This document shows positions 62,215-64,000 of a stretch of 64,000 bases of DNA, one piece after another; the stretch's first letter is position 1, and each line of letters starts with the position of its first letter. A program made the translations under genes and the position numbers. A model generated the notes under the pieces. That model ran no database searches and had not been told where the DNA came from. It worked only from the letters and a program-made list of their open reading frames with translations. This DNA comes from Dicyema japonicum (lineage: Eukaryota > Animalia > Dicyemida), in assembly GCA_011109175.1 (NCBI GenBank), contig RDEW01000011.1, positions 559,061 through 623,060 of the forward strand. The letters are read 5' to 3'.

Positions 62215-62580
62215 AACAATAGCCAACGAGATACGTTCTCGGAATCAACCAGTCTCTCGCGGATCCTTGGTCACAGCTTGAATCATGGAGCCGATCTTAC
62301 GAACCAACTCATCTGCTTGGGGGCCAAGGATTCCTGACGTTTCCACCGCGAATAGAACAAAAAGATACTCTCCGAAATTCTCTGGTACTTCCTCCTCTTT
62401 CGTTCCTCGGCCTGCTTTGAAGCATGTCCTGGGTCTGAAGCAGAAGCAACCAAATTAGACGGGGAATAAATATCAACACACGTCGCGTCCCAGATCAGGT
62501 TTCGTCCGTTGGCGAATGGAAAAGTCGTCATCCCATTAGGGCGTTTTCCATCGTTTCGGGAAAGACCAGCAGGTTCTAAC
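62215..62580 (-). mobile_element. CRE-like RLE non-LTR 3' fragment
   Basis: GLSRNDGKRPNGMTTFPFANGRNLIWDATCVDIYSPSNL..EERKRRKY. Confidence 0.75.
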
Positions 62581-62729
62581 AGGCAATGGTGTCCAGCAAA
62601 TTAAAAAAAATTTTTACACGTTTGCATATATATAATTAATTAAATTATTTTAAATATTTTATGAACATATTCAAATATTTCCTACTTACTTATTTTGCCG
62701 TGATATATTTAGTACACAATTTTTAAAGA

Positions 62730-64000
62730 CTGTATCTTTTTAGATTGTAAGAATGTCGGAACCAACTAGTAAAATGACAAAAATTATGAATTACCATGAA
62801 GGTTTTATTCTGTTTGGTTTTGTGTCTGTAGACTCAAAACCTACTTGCCTTGAATGTTCTGCCATCTTGACAAATGATTCTACTTAGAAAGTCAAACCGG
62901 AGTAGCACTAGAAGTCAAAGCATCCATCGTTTGTTGCTAAAGATATGAAAATTTTTGTGAATAAAGAGAGAAGGCAGCCAGTCAAACTATTTGACTTTGT
63001 AAAGAAAATGAATACTACAAATGCAAAGATAATTAAAACAAGCTATTTGGTCTCCGAAATTATTGCCAAGTTGGAGCACCTCAGGTTTATGGGGAGAAGC
63101 TTGTCAAACCTGCTATGCTAGCTTGTGTTAATGAAGTTTCGGAAAAGATGCTGCATTTGCTATGAGTAAAATTCTCCTTTCAAACAATACAAGAAGACTG
63201 GATGTCTAATTTTCTTAAGGAAAAGATAGTCGGAATTCTGCAGAAGACAGTCTTCTATGCAGGTTGATGAGAGCACAATTCATAACGAAACCCTCCTTCT
63301 TGTCTAGATTTATCCATGAAGGTGATATAAGAGAAGAAATGTTATTCCTTTAAAGTTTGCTTGACACTATTTGTGGAGAAAATACATTCAATGAAGCAAT
63401 ATTTGAATGATAAAAACATTCCATTGACTAACTTATCCATATTGCATCAGATGGAGCTACGACTGGAAAAGTCAAAGACTTTGTATCAAGAATCAAATCA
63501 GTGCTCCTCACATATTACATATTTTCTGCATTATCCACATACAGCATTCGGTCGCTAAGAATATTGGAGGAGATATGGAAGAACCACTCAACACTGCCAT
63601 GCTTGCAATTAACTTTGTCAAAAATAATTCAGTGAATGACAGAATATTTGAACAATTTTGTAAAGATGAAAATATTAAAACTCTATTTCTTCACACAAAA
63701 GTAAGATGCTTATCAAAAGGTCTGAGGAAGACTAGTGAATATCTGCGAACCATAATCAACTTTCTCAAGTCAGTAATAAAATATTTCAACTCCAAGAAGC
63801 AAGTTGATAAGGCTAATAAAATTTTGGAAGGGCCTAAGTCTAAATCCAAAATTTTATATCTCACTGATATCTTTACAACAGTGAATCAGCTTACCTTGAA
63901 GCTACAAGGTGGAAGATCAGACTTAATCACCTGTGCACAGAAAATAAAAGACTATGTGGGAAATTGAAATTTGGAAAAAGTTTGAAAAAAAAAACAATCT
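62730..64000 (+). mobile_element. Decayed hAT transposase (ZBED8/SCAND3-like), running off the window
   Basis: PTCLEC BED-like region, GEKLVKPAML, QVDEST, KTLFLHTKVRCLSKG, YLTDIF..LKLQG. Confidence 0.8.

Overview
AT-rich eukaryotic nuclear DNA from an animal with miniature spliceosomal introns (mostly 19-30 nt, GT-AG, no polypyrimidine tract), which is why the ORF track shows only fragments. Hand-splicing recovers eight host genes: EXOC2/Sec5, a Rab1-like GTPase, an NFAT5-like Rel-homology factor, a classical calpain, SREBP, an ADAM metalloprotease, a VRK-family kinase and a 3-Ig surface protein with a hydrophobic C-terminus. The gene set is metazoan, and the intron sizes suggest a dicyemid mesozoan or another highly reduced animal parasite (inference). 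Most of the rest is decayed mobile DNA: RLE-type and CRE-like LINEs, RTE and Jockey-like APE LINEs, a tRNA-headed SINE, and Tc1/IS630, pogo/Tigger, hAT, MULE and Ginger-like DNA transposons. The best leads are: (1) a SINE whose 3' tail is shared with a LINE in the same window; (2) a 2A/StopGo-like peptide in front of a LINE endonuclease; (3) an A/C-to-G/T strand-skew flip inside several host genes; (4) an apparent GT-GG 23-nt intron; (5) a self-complementary GC-rich island upstream of EXOC2; (6) a dispersed ~75-nt structured motif with an optional hairpin. Several tandem duplications near N bases look like assembly artefacts. No CRISPR array, rRNA or true tRNA was seen. Most transposon boundaries are approximate unless a TSD or TIR is quoted.
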